Origin: Chrysemys picta bellii
Taxonomy: Eukaryota
Reading direction: 5' to 3'
Length of the DNA stretch: 64,000 nt
NCBI RefSeq assembly: GCF_011386835.1
Contig: NC_088796.1
Span: 51,398,001-51,462,000 of the forward strand
Shown piece by piece: positions 10,183 to 20,933 of the stretch. Made by a program: the position numbers and the translations under genes. How positions within the stretch are numbered: position 1 is the stretch's first letter; each line of letters begins with the position of its first letter. Under the pieces are notes generated by a model. The model made no database searches. It was not told the origin of the DNA and worked only from the letters and a program-made list of their open reading frames with translations.

Positions 10183-12555
10183 TGACACAATACCAGAGTG
10201 ACTGAAAGTTCCCCTGTATTTACACTGTACACATTATTGTAATAATCTTTCTGTAAAATATGCCATGTAGGGTATCATTTAAAAATGAATAACGAACTGA
10301 TTGTCAATATTCTTACTGTATGTATGAAACATATATTAAGAGTTATGAACATAACCTGAAATTATGACTACAGTGTGTTTACCAGACAAGTCTGGGGAGG
10401 GGATTAACCGGTTTCTCAAAGACAAAGGACAAGCTGATGTCTCCAGCCAGGTGTCATCAAAGTTGATTGGCAGTCACCTGTCAAGTGGCCATTCTTTGGC
10501 AATGAAGGGGGGCAGGCACAGATTGATCTACATTTTAGCAAACAACAACATGGAACCTCTTTCACCTTTAGACTCCATGTCTCCATCCTCTCAGCTGGAG
10601 TGAACGATATCTGCAGGTAACCCTCAGGAAAATGCATTTCAAAGGATGACTGGACTATAAAAATGAGGGGCAAATATACCTCACGATATCTTCCTTGCTC
10701 TCTTTTACTTAAGGTGACAAAGGAACCAGCCCTTTGACTTCGAGGGAAGATCCTGACCTGAAAATTTGATCAGCCATGTTGCAGGGAACCCGGGGTAAGG
10801 ATTTTACTTTGAACCAAGTCTAGCTTGTTAAGTTTTAGCTATTAGAAAGCATTTTATCTTTATTTCTTTTGTAACCATTTCTGACTTTAATACCTTGTAG
10901 TTTGTTCACTTAAAATCTCTCTTTGTAGTTAAATAAACTTGTTTTATTTTTAATCTAAACTAATCCAATGTTGTGTCTAAACAGAACTGTTTGGTAACTC
11001 CAGTTAGAGTAGCAAACTATTGAATATTGACCCTTTACAGGGGCAATGGATCTTAAATATTTGACTCATCAAGAAAGGGTTGGACAGTGCAGAACACATG
11101 TTTTGGAGAAAACTGGGAACTGGGAGTGTGCTGTGGTCACCCTGCAAATAGTAACCAAGGCTACTGGAAGCCAGAGTGTGACTGGAGTGGTGCTGACTGG
11201 GGTCAGAGACCAGGACTACAGCTATACACAGTGTGACAATGTATCCCATAATGCTTTATGGGAATATGACATAACTGGAGTATGTTTTATGCTACATGTG
11301 CCATGTAACTTATCTCTGTAAGGATTATGGTCTACTGAATCTATTCATCCTATTTGTACACATATATCATTTTTGTACTTGAAGTTATGAATATTGGCTG
11401 TATACTTGCTTAATTGCTAAGTAAACTTTGTAAGGCATTTGGTCAGCTTCTTTAGAAAGGAATTTGCAAAGTTAAGTGCCCAATCAAGAAGCACTTAAAG
11501 AACAGTGGATCTTGGAATGCTCCAATCCACATAAGAAGTCTACTTGAGGACGTTCAAGGTAGCATGTGAACCATGGCTGCTACCTGTAGTTCTGAGTCAT
11601 GCATGGACATGTGACTTGCCCAGGTGACTCCAAAATTCCATCTTGGAGCTAGACTTTGCATAGGAGTGAGGAGGTCTCCACCCACAAGAGAAAGTCTATT
11701 TAAACCCCTGGGAGACCCCTCCATTTTGTCTTCAGCTGGCTAAAGAGAGAGAGCCTCTCCACCCCCAAGGATACCTGAAAGGAACTGGAACAAAGGACAG
11801 TAACTACAGGGGGTGTGAGTAATTGCTGGACCCAGGAGACTAGTCTGTAAAAGGAAGCTTACTGGGTGAGGTTTTTATCTGTATTCAGTTTCTTAGACAT
11901 AGACTTGCATGTTCTATTTTATTTTGCTTGGTAATTCACTTTGTTCTGTCTGTTACTACCTGGACCCACTTAAATCCTACTTTCTGTATTTAATAAAATC
12001 ACTTTTTACTTATTAATTAACCCAGAGTATGTTTTAATACCGGGGGGCAAACAGCCGTGCATATCTCTCTATCAGTGTTATAGAGGGCGAACAATTTATG
12101 AGTTTACCCTGTATAAGCTTTATAAAGGGGAAAACTGATTTATTTGGGTTTTAGACCCCCTTGGGAGCTGGGCATCTGAGTGTTAAAGACAAGAACACTT
12201 CTGTAAGCTGCTTTCAGTTAAGTCTGTGGCTTTGGGGCAAGTAATTCAGACCCTGGGTCTGTGTTGGAGCAGACAGGCGTGTCTGGCTCAGCAAGACAGG
12301 GTGCTGGGATCCTGAGCTGGCAGGGAAAGCAGGGGCAGAAGCAGTCTTGGCACATCAGTTGACAGTTCCCAAGGGGGAACTGTGATCCAACCCATCACAC
12401 ACAGACACTCAGGGTGTGACTTGCATGCTGGCAGGCTATCGGTGAGTGGTCCGGGTTGTGAGCTACAACAGCAAAGCATTGTGAGGCCCCCAAGCTTGTG
12501 GGGCAGGTGGTCACACAACCCCTCACTGGTCTTGATTGCACCCCAAAATGTGAGA
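10183..12555 (+). mobile_element. Solo LTR (outer), interrupted by a second LTR
   Basis: TATAAAA at about 10657 and AATAAA at about 10932. The LTR-like 3' end (...GATTGCACCCCAAAATGTGAGA) resumes after the insertion. Ends are approximate and no TSD was seen. Confidence 0.65.
11232..12399 (+). mobile_element. Solo LTR (inner), 1168 bp
   Basis: TGTGA...TCACA termini, perfect 5-bp TSD CACAG (11227-11231 and 12400-12404), TATTTAAA at 11697, AATAAA at 11992. Confidence 0.9.
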
Positions 12556-12683
12556 TGGGAGATGGACTAGGGGTCAAATGAGGGCCAGTGCAAGGCCTAT
12601 GCTTCACTTAAACCCTCAAAATAGGGCATTGTGCCAGAGAGGCTCGGCAGTCTTTCTGAGTTATTGATAGCCACTGCCAATAT

Positions 12684-12994
12684 GGCATGTCTAGACTGCA
12701 ATCCAGGCATGTGATTGCAGTTTGAGTAGACATACCCGAGCTAGCTTTAACCTGTCTAGCTCGGGACCCTGAGCAGTGAAGCTGTGGCAGTGAGTGCTTT
12801 AGCGCAGGCTGTACAAGCCTGCCCAGAACCTTAGGTAACTCCTTGTGGAGCTAGCCTGTGCTGAAGGATGCACTGCTATAGCTTCACTACTCTGGGACCT
12901 GGCTAGCCACATTAAAGCTCGCTCAGGTAAATCTACTCAAGCTGCAGTTGCACTCTGTGATTGCAATCTAGTCACACAGCAATCTAGACATGCC
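12684..12994. mobile_element. Quasi-palindromic Harbinger-type MITE
   Basis: TIRs GGCATGTCTAGA / TCTAGACATGCC. Internal inverted pairs GAGTAGA...GCTAGCTTTAA / TTAAAGCTCGC...TCTACTC and AGTGAAGC / GCTTCACT. Confidence 0.7.
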
Positions 12995-13661
12995 AACTGA
13001 TGGCTTTGAAGCTTAAAGACCAAGGCTTTGAATTGGCAACAGAAGCAAACTAGGAGCAAACCTTGTTTTTCTGCTGGACCAGGCACACATTTACTTAACC
13101 AAGTAGATGAAGTCCGGGTTTTATTTCTCTCTTGAAAAATGAAGGTTATTAAAAAGGTGTGATCTAGGAGCTGGTCTCACTGCAAGGAGCAAGAGATGTA
13201 TGGACATTGCTAAGTTCAGGCTGCAGAAGTAATAGGCAATTTTTTGTATGTCAGAGATTGATTTGGCTGTTTAAGCTGAATCTAAAGTAAAACTTAATCA
13301 TGGCTACCCCTAGGTTTCTTCAAAGCTTTAGGATTTACTCTAGTTGTGAAGTCTGTCTCGAAACATTTTCACAGGGTTGAATACTGTGGAAATTTATTGT
13401 AATCTGAAAAGGAAAAAAAGACTCACATGAATTTTCTTCCAAGTCCTTTTCCAGATTTATTTTCTGCTCCGGTTTTCATGGGAAAATCCCTCTCTGTGGT
13501 TATACATCTATTTTAGTGCTGAAATAATGCTTTTCTTGTCAGCATTTTGTTTTCGTAGCTGCACTGAATCTATAACCGAGAAATTATTATGTATTTGTTG
13601 AGGGAAAATAAATGTTGTTGGAAATTTCAATGATGTAAAATTTTGTGACACTGCAAGTTAG

Positions 13662-14110
13662 GGGCTCAGATTGCCCCATCTCCACTATTGAGGGTGGGGA
13701 CTGTCAGGGATATGGTTATGACTCCTGATCCTGGGGCTGGCTTTATGCCAGACACAGCTTTGATCTTAAGGGGGCTGCTTTTAACTGTGCTGTCAGGTCC
13801 CTAGGAGACATCTGCCAGCTGGGGTTGGCCAGAGCCACAGAAAGGTCATGGAACAAGGGCCAGAACTTGGCCCAGAGTTTCCAAATAATTAGCAGAAAGT
13901 CTGCTTATAAATGGGGTTGCAGTAATCCAAGCCACCTATACTCCCATTTCCACTGGCAGGCTTGTACCAAGCTAATGCAGCCCCAAAAGTGAATGGAACT
14001 AGCTGCTTTGGGGGTGTGGCCAGGGCACAGGGGAATCCCCAATGGCACAACGGTCCTCCCTGGCTGAGAGAGCTTCAAACAAGCAGCCCCCAGCAGGGAT
14101 GAATCAAGCT
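13662..14110. repeat. Old GC-richer MITE-like element(s)
   Basis: Termini GGGCTCAGATT / AATCAAGCTC and similarity in style to 43718-44128. May be two adjacent elements. Confidence 0.3.
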
Positions 14111-14669
14111 CTTCATCTACAAGTTAGAGAAATGGCAGTTCAGACAATTCCCTCAGGCTTGGCTCTGTGAGACAACTGGCACCAGGAGGACTAAGAGAGG
14201 CAACCAAAGCAGCATTTGATTTTAATGAAAACAGAGAGGGTGTGGGAGAAAGTGTATTTATAAATATGTAAATGGATAAATCTTTTCCAAAATGACTTTA
14301 CCTCCCAAACAAATTATCTTTAAATGGAACTCTTTCTGTTTAATGTCTTTTTTATCCCCAATGTGAAACAGTTATGATCAGTTTTCCATTTTCACTTTGA
14401 GAAAAAAGGTCAGAATTAATTGATCTGTAATTGTATTGATGGCAAATGTTCTACAGGAATTGTAATTGAACCAAACCACCAACATGGGAAATATTAGGAC
14501 TCAAATCAGGTACTAGATAGAGCCCCTGAATTTCCATAAATCAGCTCAGCAGAAAAACTCATACAGACATTGAGAAAGAAAAGAAAATAAATTAAGTTTT
14601 CTATCGAATCCAAAATAATTGTTGGAGTGGAGGCACGCAAGCCTCGGTATTCAATAGAGATGGCTATAT

Positions 14670-15136
14670 TAAAACACATATTGGCTTGCCCAGTGATCCA
14701 GATTATTCTGTATCAGTGACCTGTCCTCTTCATTATTTGCCACTTTCCCAATCTTTGTGTCATCTGCAACCTTTATCAGTAATGATTTTATGTTTTCTTC
14801 CAGGTCATTGATAACAATGTTAAATCTGTGGCTAAAAGTGTAGGGCCAAGAACTGAACCCCGCTAGAAACACATCTGATGATGATTCCCCATTTCCATTT
14901 TCAGACTGATCATTTAGTCAGTTTTTAATCCATTTAATGTGTTACATGTTAATTTTGTATCATTCAAGTTTTTTAATTAAAATGTTACACCATACGAAGT
15001 CAAATGTTTACAGAAGTCTAAATATATTAATCAACCCTATTACCCTTACCAATGAAACTTGTAATCTGATTTGACAGGATCTATTTTCCATATTGATTGG
15101 CATTAACCCATATTGATTGGCATTAATTATATTACC
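14670..15136 (-). mobile_element. CR1 LINE ORF2 RT fragment
   Basis: The minus strand encodes MENRSCQ... and FNIVINDLEENIKSLLIKVADDTKIGKVANNEEDRSLIQ (CR1 RT domains, FADD motif mutated to VADD). Confidence 0.9.
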
Positions 15137-15670
15137 TGTAGGGAGCCAAGGTGGCTGCCCTCCAAACCTGAGGGTAAAGGGCCACTCTCTCAGCCTGAGT
15201 GGGCGGGGCCAGGCCAAGCTCTCTCCACCCCCCGGAAGGGGAGGGGTGGAACAGGAAGTATAAAGGGCGGGGCCCTTATCTCAGTCAAGGCAGCACCAGG
15301 GAGGGAGGCAGACGCAGACTGCGGGCTGCTCCCTTCAGACCCTGCTGCTACGCCAGGGGAGGCCCTGGACCAGTGGAAACCTCACCTGCAGGAAGGACTG
15401 GGGCTGCCAGGACTGCCCGCTGCCAAGTACCCAGAGGAGCTGGAGGAGCCTGAGCCCGAGGGGGAGCTGGAGCTGCCAACAGTGGACTATCCTGATGCAC
15501 TGGCGGGACCAGAGGGATTCGGATGAGCAATCGGGTAGGAAGTAGCCCAGGGACAGAGCTGCACCGTGGTGAGTCTATATAGCGGAAGGACCCATCTGAC
15601 CCAGTTGCGGGCCTCTCGTCCTGCCACTGTCAGGGCCCTGGGCTGGAACGCAGTGGTGTAGGGTGGGCCT
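15137..15670 (+). mobile_element. GC-rich Gypsy-type LTR, 3'-truncated
   Basis: Abrupt GC rise beginning with TGT at the CR1 junction, TATAAA at 15259, no terminal CA or TSD. Confidence 0.65.
15201..15274 (+). promoter_or_regulatory. LTR core promoter motifs
   Basis: GGGCGGGGCC (15201), CCGGAAG (15232), CAGGAAGT (15252), TATAAA (15259), GGGCGGGGCC (15265). Motif-level evidence only. Confidence 0.5.
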
Positions 15671-16666
15671 ATTAATAACCAAGAATTAATATGGCAGGCA
15701 GAGAGGCAGATAGCAGTGTTCAAAGGGCCATCACTAGCTATCACAATTTATTGAAAGTTTTGTGTAAAAGTTCTGTGTAGAGGACGATGCGCACCTTTTA
15801 AGTATGGCAGGCTGATGTGATACTGACAGAGTGAGCTCTGCATGACTGGGTGCTGACCAATTCTAAGCAGTGAAGTGGGTAGGGGGACTCCTCCTTCATA
15901 AGCTGTGGATCAACAACAGAACCACTGCATGGTTACTACTCCAGCCTGATGGCTAAAAGTGCTTGTCTTGTATTTACCCATTGCATGGGGATGTGGCAAA
16001 GGATCTATGCAGTAGTAGGCATTCTGGCTCTTGCTTCTAGTAAAGTATAACAGTGCAGAGGGCGTCCCTGTAGAGCTGTACCCATACTCTTCAGGGAGCA
16101 CACACCTGCCACCCCTCATGGACCAGAACCAAATCATTTGTTGCAATCTCCTTTTGATTATTCTGGCCCACATCCTCCATTTGGCTGCTAAAGTGGTAAT
16201 GCGTTCAGCAGTGACAGTTCAGTTGTAAGCGAATTAGTGGATCAGTCGTAGAGGACCAACAAGGTTCATTCTTTATTTAACTCCTTTGTAGGTTTGCAAA
16301 AACCTGTTCAGTAGAAGACCGTTTTCACACTGAAATTTCTACAGTCAAACACTGTCTATGGGGTGGAGGTCAGTGAATAAGACTGGACTGACAGTTTTAT
16401 AATTCAGTTGTGCTGACACATAGCATTGTCAGTTCTGGTAGTCAAAAGAAAATCCTGAAATTGGCTTAGAAAATGAAGATTTTTTTTTTAGGTTGAAATG
16501 TTGGTGTCTGAGAAAATAGATAAGATGTACAACTCAACATGTCCTGCTGTATTGAAGATTATTACATAAAGGAATTCCCATGCAATATTTCTAAACTGGA
16601 GCTTTTTCAAAAAGCAATATTTCAAGTAATCGTGGATGTCATCTTTTACTCTCCAGTCTCAAATGG

Positions 16667-16961
16667 GCATGCACAAGGTGGGGCAAGCAGGGGCATGGCT
16701 TCTCCCAATAATCGTTGGGGGGTATAGAACTTCTCCAGTCTCGGGGCCACAGAGGCAGGGAAGCACGAGTTCCTGCTGGGGCGGGGTGAAGAGCCAGGGC
16801 CAGTGGAGAAGGTAGAGCAAATTCCTGCCAGGGCCAAGGTGGTGAAGGAGGAATGAGCGAGCTCCTGCCGGGGTGGGGAAAGAGCAAGCTCCGTCTGGGG
16901 CTGGGGCAGTGGGGGGCAGTGAGCTCCAGGGAGGGGGGCAAATTAAAATTCCTGTGCATGC
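16667..16961. mobile_element. GC-rich MITE-like element
   Basis: Imperfect TIRs GCATGCACAAGG / CCTGTGCATGC bound a GC-rich block. No TSD seen. Confidence 0.4.
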
Positions 16962-17317
16962 AGGGAGAGGAAGGGATAGTATAATTCTCAGGCTTAGTCC
17001 TGAAAACCCTTGCCACCCACGTGAGTAGTCGTTGCTCAGATAAGAGTGGCTGTGGAATATGTGGGACTATTTGTGTAGGTAAAGGTTTGTGAGGATGGGC
17101 TCCTGGTAGGTGATGTGCTAATCAAATAGTATTGGTGTGTCCTTGAAAAGCTTTCAGATAAAAAGCATTTGAACTGCACCCTGTCCAAAGCTGCTGAAAG
17201 CAGAAAAACACTAGTTTACCATTGAACACAGTGGTGTAAATACAGGGTGAGTCCACTGACTTCTATGGATACCAGCTTAACAGAGATCAGAATTTGGCCT
17301 TTGGTGTACGTGGGTGT

Positions 17318-18793
17318 TGTCATAGTTTCAGGGCAACTGCACCTGTATTCGCCCTCCCTGCCCCCTTAAGCCACTTAAGCCACTCTGGGCTCCCAGCTCT
17401 TCAGTTATCACATCTCCAGGGTAGAGACTCGTGTCTCTCTTCCTCCTGACTGGGGTTTTTCCAGGCTTCACAGTTCCCTGCCTACACAGAGATGTGGTCA
17501 CCCCATCTCAAAAAAGATATTGGAAAAGGTTCAGAAAAGGGCAACAAAAATGATTAGGCGTATGGAATGGCTTCTGTATGAGGAGAAATTAGTAAGACTG
17601 GGACTTTTCAGCTTGGGAAAGAGATGGCTAAGGCAGGATATGATAGAGGTCTATAAAATCATGACTGGTGTGGAGAAAGTAAATAAAGAAGTGTTATTCA
17701 CTCCTTCTCATAACACAAGAACTAGGGGTCACCAAATAAAATTAATAGGCAACAGGTTTAAAAGAAAAAAAAGGAAGTATTTTTTCACACAATACACAGT
17801 CAACCTGTGGAACTCATTGACAGAGGATGTTGTGAAGGCCAAGACTATAACAGGGTTCAAAAAAGAATTAGATAACTTCATGGAGGATAGGTCCATCAAT
17901 GGCTATTAGCCAGGATGGGCAGGGATGGTGTTCCTAGCCTCTGTTTGCCAGAAGCTGGGAATGGGAGACACTTGATGATTACCTGTTCTGTTCATTCCCT
18001 CTGGGGCCCCTGGCATTGGCCACTGTCGGAAGACAGGATACTGGGCTAGATGGACCTTTGGTCTGACCCAGTACGGCCGTTCTTATGTTCTTACACTGTG
18101 AGTTCCCCAGCAAGCCAGACTGCCTAAGTAGGCCTGTGTCTGTTCTTTGCTTTCTCCTCAGAGGCTGAACAGCATAATTGCCCACAGTTATAAATTACCA
18201 CACAGCTTTTTCAAATGAAACATATTTATTCTTAGGGTGAAAGCATTACAGAGGAAACATATAAAAACAATAAAAGAACATCCACCCATGCCAACCAGCT
18301 TACCAGAGATCACCCGCTACCAACTCCAACAAGGACTCTGGTAGGTGTCTGGTCTTCAAACCCCACAAATGAGTTTTTCTGTGGGTTACAAGTTCATAAC
18401 AGCTTTTGCTCAGAACAAGAATAACTATGAATAGTTCATTCTTTCCTTTATATAGCTTGGGCTTTTGGTCTTGTAATAGGAGATCAGCAGACAAAGATCC
18501 TTTCCTCAGGGCATAACTTCAAATGGCTGAGATTTTGCATAAATACAGAGGGATAAATTTGTATACACCTTTCCCTAGAGATTTTCACTTAATTCTGTTT
18601 GTACCATCATTCAATATTGCCCTTTGACGCTCATGACACTTCCCAAGGTTTATACTGGCCACATCCTTCCCCTGGAAAAGTTCCATACAATCCCACAATA
18701 ACACATAAAGTTTGCATTTTTAATACAATGCAAACTGAAGATACTTAAACTTAAATCAATAAAGTTTTCAAGGATATTGCCATATCTAGCACA
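17318..18793 (-). mobile_element. Solo LTR interrupted by CR1
   Basis: TG...CA ends, antisense AATAAA (TTTATT at about 18224) and antisense TATA (TTATATAG at about 18447). The sequence ...CCCTGCCTACAC / TACACTGTGAG... is continuous across the CR1. Confidence 0.7.
17488..18093 (+). mobile_element. 5'-truncated CR1 LINE (ORF2 C-terminus plus 3' UTR)
   Basis: ORF 17520-17909 [12 protein letters not shown]...LGLFSL...HNTRTRGH...FFTQ..VNLWNSL...FKKELD is the CR1 ORF2 C-terminus. It ends in TTCTTATGTTCTTA, with a candidate TSD TACAC. Confidence 0.93.
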
Positions 18794-19624
18794 TCGAATT
18801 CAATGGAGTTGCACCCACTAACGCTGGGTCTATATTTGGCCCTTTGTGCTTAGGCGCTGCTGAATACTTAGGCATCTCGAGAAAGCACAGTTTCTATCAC
18901 ATATATAGACTGACCCTGTTTCCCTCCTTACTCGGCATTATGGCATTATGACCACTTCATTTTAATGATACTGGCACTGGGAAAATAATGTTTAAAATAA
19001 TCGTACAAGAGGTATGGAATCCAGCAGTCCCAGAGACATTGCTTTAATACAGTATATGTGGAGCATCAAATGGTCTCTGGAGACATGCAGACTAATATAC
19101 CAAACAGGACAGTCCTATCATATTTATGATTATACATATTCCCCAAGGAAATAAAACTGCACAGCCATGGTTGGAGGCAGACAGTTATCAGCTGGAAACA
19201 GCTGTGGGACTGAAACACCGGGTGGCAAGCTATGAAAATATGGAGATACCCCAAACTCAGCTGTGTCTGTATTTATGTGTTTTGTTGACAGCTGAGGGGG
19301 TTGTCAAGAAGGCTGAGTTTGGAGAAATAGATGAGACGCAGGGATCTAGGAGTTAGAAGATTTTCTATTCATTTTGTTGACAACTAGTTTGTAAAAATGT
19401 GTACTGAAGAGAACCATCCGGCACACACGACTACATACTGTGGAAAGCCACTTAAGGTGTCACAAGTTCATTTTTAAAGTGGACCCATCAATTTTATGGC
19501 AGAATAATTGTGAGCAGATGTTACTCCAGAGAAGCTCTTCATTTATGAAGCTCTGGCTACTCTGAATATCACAAAAATACACTTCTGTCTACAATGACAA
19601 GCACAGATAAATCTCAAACTCCAA

Positions 19625-19863
19625 TGGCCTGATTCTCCTTTGCTTATACCAGTGTAAATCAGATGTAACTCCATTGAAGTTAATGAAGCCACATCTGCAT
19701 AAAACTATAGGTCCTGGAACTAGAAGTGCTGGGGGTGCTGCCGCTTGAAGTGGTTTCCATCATCTAGAGGATTCACAGTTTGGTTCAACGGCTCTCAGCA
19801 TCTCCACTATACAAATTGTTTCAGCACCCTTGCGTAAAACTGATAGGAGAAGAGAATCAGACC
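19625..19863. mobile_element. Short palindromic GGCC-ended MITE-like element (host)
   Basis: TGGCCTGATTCTC / GAGAATCAGACC termini with central ACTCCATTGAAGTTAATG. Confidence 0.55.
19706..19832. mobile_element. hAT MITE nested in the previous element
   Basis: Degenerate TIRs TATAGGTCCTGGAAC / GTTTCAGCACCCTTG. 8-bp TSD CATAAAAC / CGTAAAAC (7/8). Confidence 0.75.
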
Positions 19864-20294
19864 CCCAATGTTTTGACAGCTGTTCCAGTATTATACATAG
19901 AAACAAGTTCCCCCATCCTTGGCTATACAGGAGTTTCCAGGCTAAAATACAGAATAAGAAAACAATATTCCTGGCTTGAGTTCATGTGTACTTACTGATA
20001 GGGACGGTGAGGGGAAGAGGCAAGAAAACTTCCAGCAATGACTGAATATAATCAGGGGAGGGAAAATTCACAGAATCATTGTAAACACAGTTTCAGTTCA
20101 AGACCTGCACTTGTTAAAATGTATTCTTTCTGAGGACTAGTTATGCAAGAACATTTTTTATGCTTCATGATTTTACAAGTGCATTAAGGCCCTTTCTAGT
20201 TTTTTTGAAATGAGGAGATACACTTACAGTGCAGATCCACCACTCTCCCCTATGTTTCCAAAAGAATAACAATGACTAGAGCTATTTGGAGGAT

Positions 20295-20925
20295 TGGGGT
20301 TGCCAGGCGTCTGGTTTTCGACTGGAACGTCCAGTCAAAAAGAGACCCTGGTGCCTTCATTAAAAGTCAGGGAGGTTCTGTGTGTAGCCCCCACCCCTAA
20401 TGCTGGCTCTGCAGCTTCCATTGGCTGGGAGCAGTGACCAATGGGAGCTGCAGGGATGGCACCTGCGGGTGCAAGGGCAGCACATGGAGCTTCCCTGGCT
20501 GCCCATGCACCTAGGGGCTGCAGGGATCCCTAGGCTGCTTCCTGGGAGCTGTGGTAAGCACTGTCAGGACCCCACACCCCAAATCCCAACCACCTGCTCC
20601 AGCCCGGAGTCCCCTCCTGCACCCAAACTCCCTCCCGGAGCTCGCATCCCCCAACAGCCTGCCCCAGCCCTGAGCTCCCTCCTGCACACCAAACCCCTCA
20701 TCCCTCGGCCCACCCCAGAGCCTGCACACCCAGCTGGAGCCCTCACCTCCTGTCTGCATCCCAACACCCTACCCCAGCCTGGTGAAAGTGAGTGAGGGTG
20801 GGGGAAAGTGAGCAATGGAGGGAGGGGTGATGAAGCAAGCAGGGCAGAGCTTCAGAGAAGGGGCGGGGCATTGGGGAAGGAGCAGGGCTATTTGATTTTG
20901 TGCGATTGGAAAGTTGGCAAACCTA
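20295..20925. mobile_element. hAT non-autonomous element
   Basis: TIRs TGGGGTTGCCA / TGGCAAACCTA with a perfect 8-bp TSD TGGAGGAT (20287-20294 and 20926-20933). GC-rich, internally repetitive. Confidence 0.9.
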
Positions 20926-20933
20926 TGGAGGAT

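Noticed and set aside
15113-15526. 137-aa acidic/proline-rich ORF
   Set aside because: Non-ATG start in a CR1 fossil, running through GC-rich LTR repeats. No evidence of translation.
19280-19356. Acceptor followed by AEGVVKKAEFGEIDETQGSRS*
   Set aside because: Protein-like, but short, unrecognised and unsupported.
20400-20815. 131-aa proline-rich ORF and antisense ORFs
   Set aside because: Entirely within the TSD-bounded hAT MITE.
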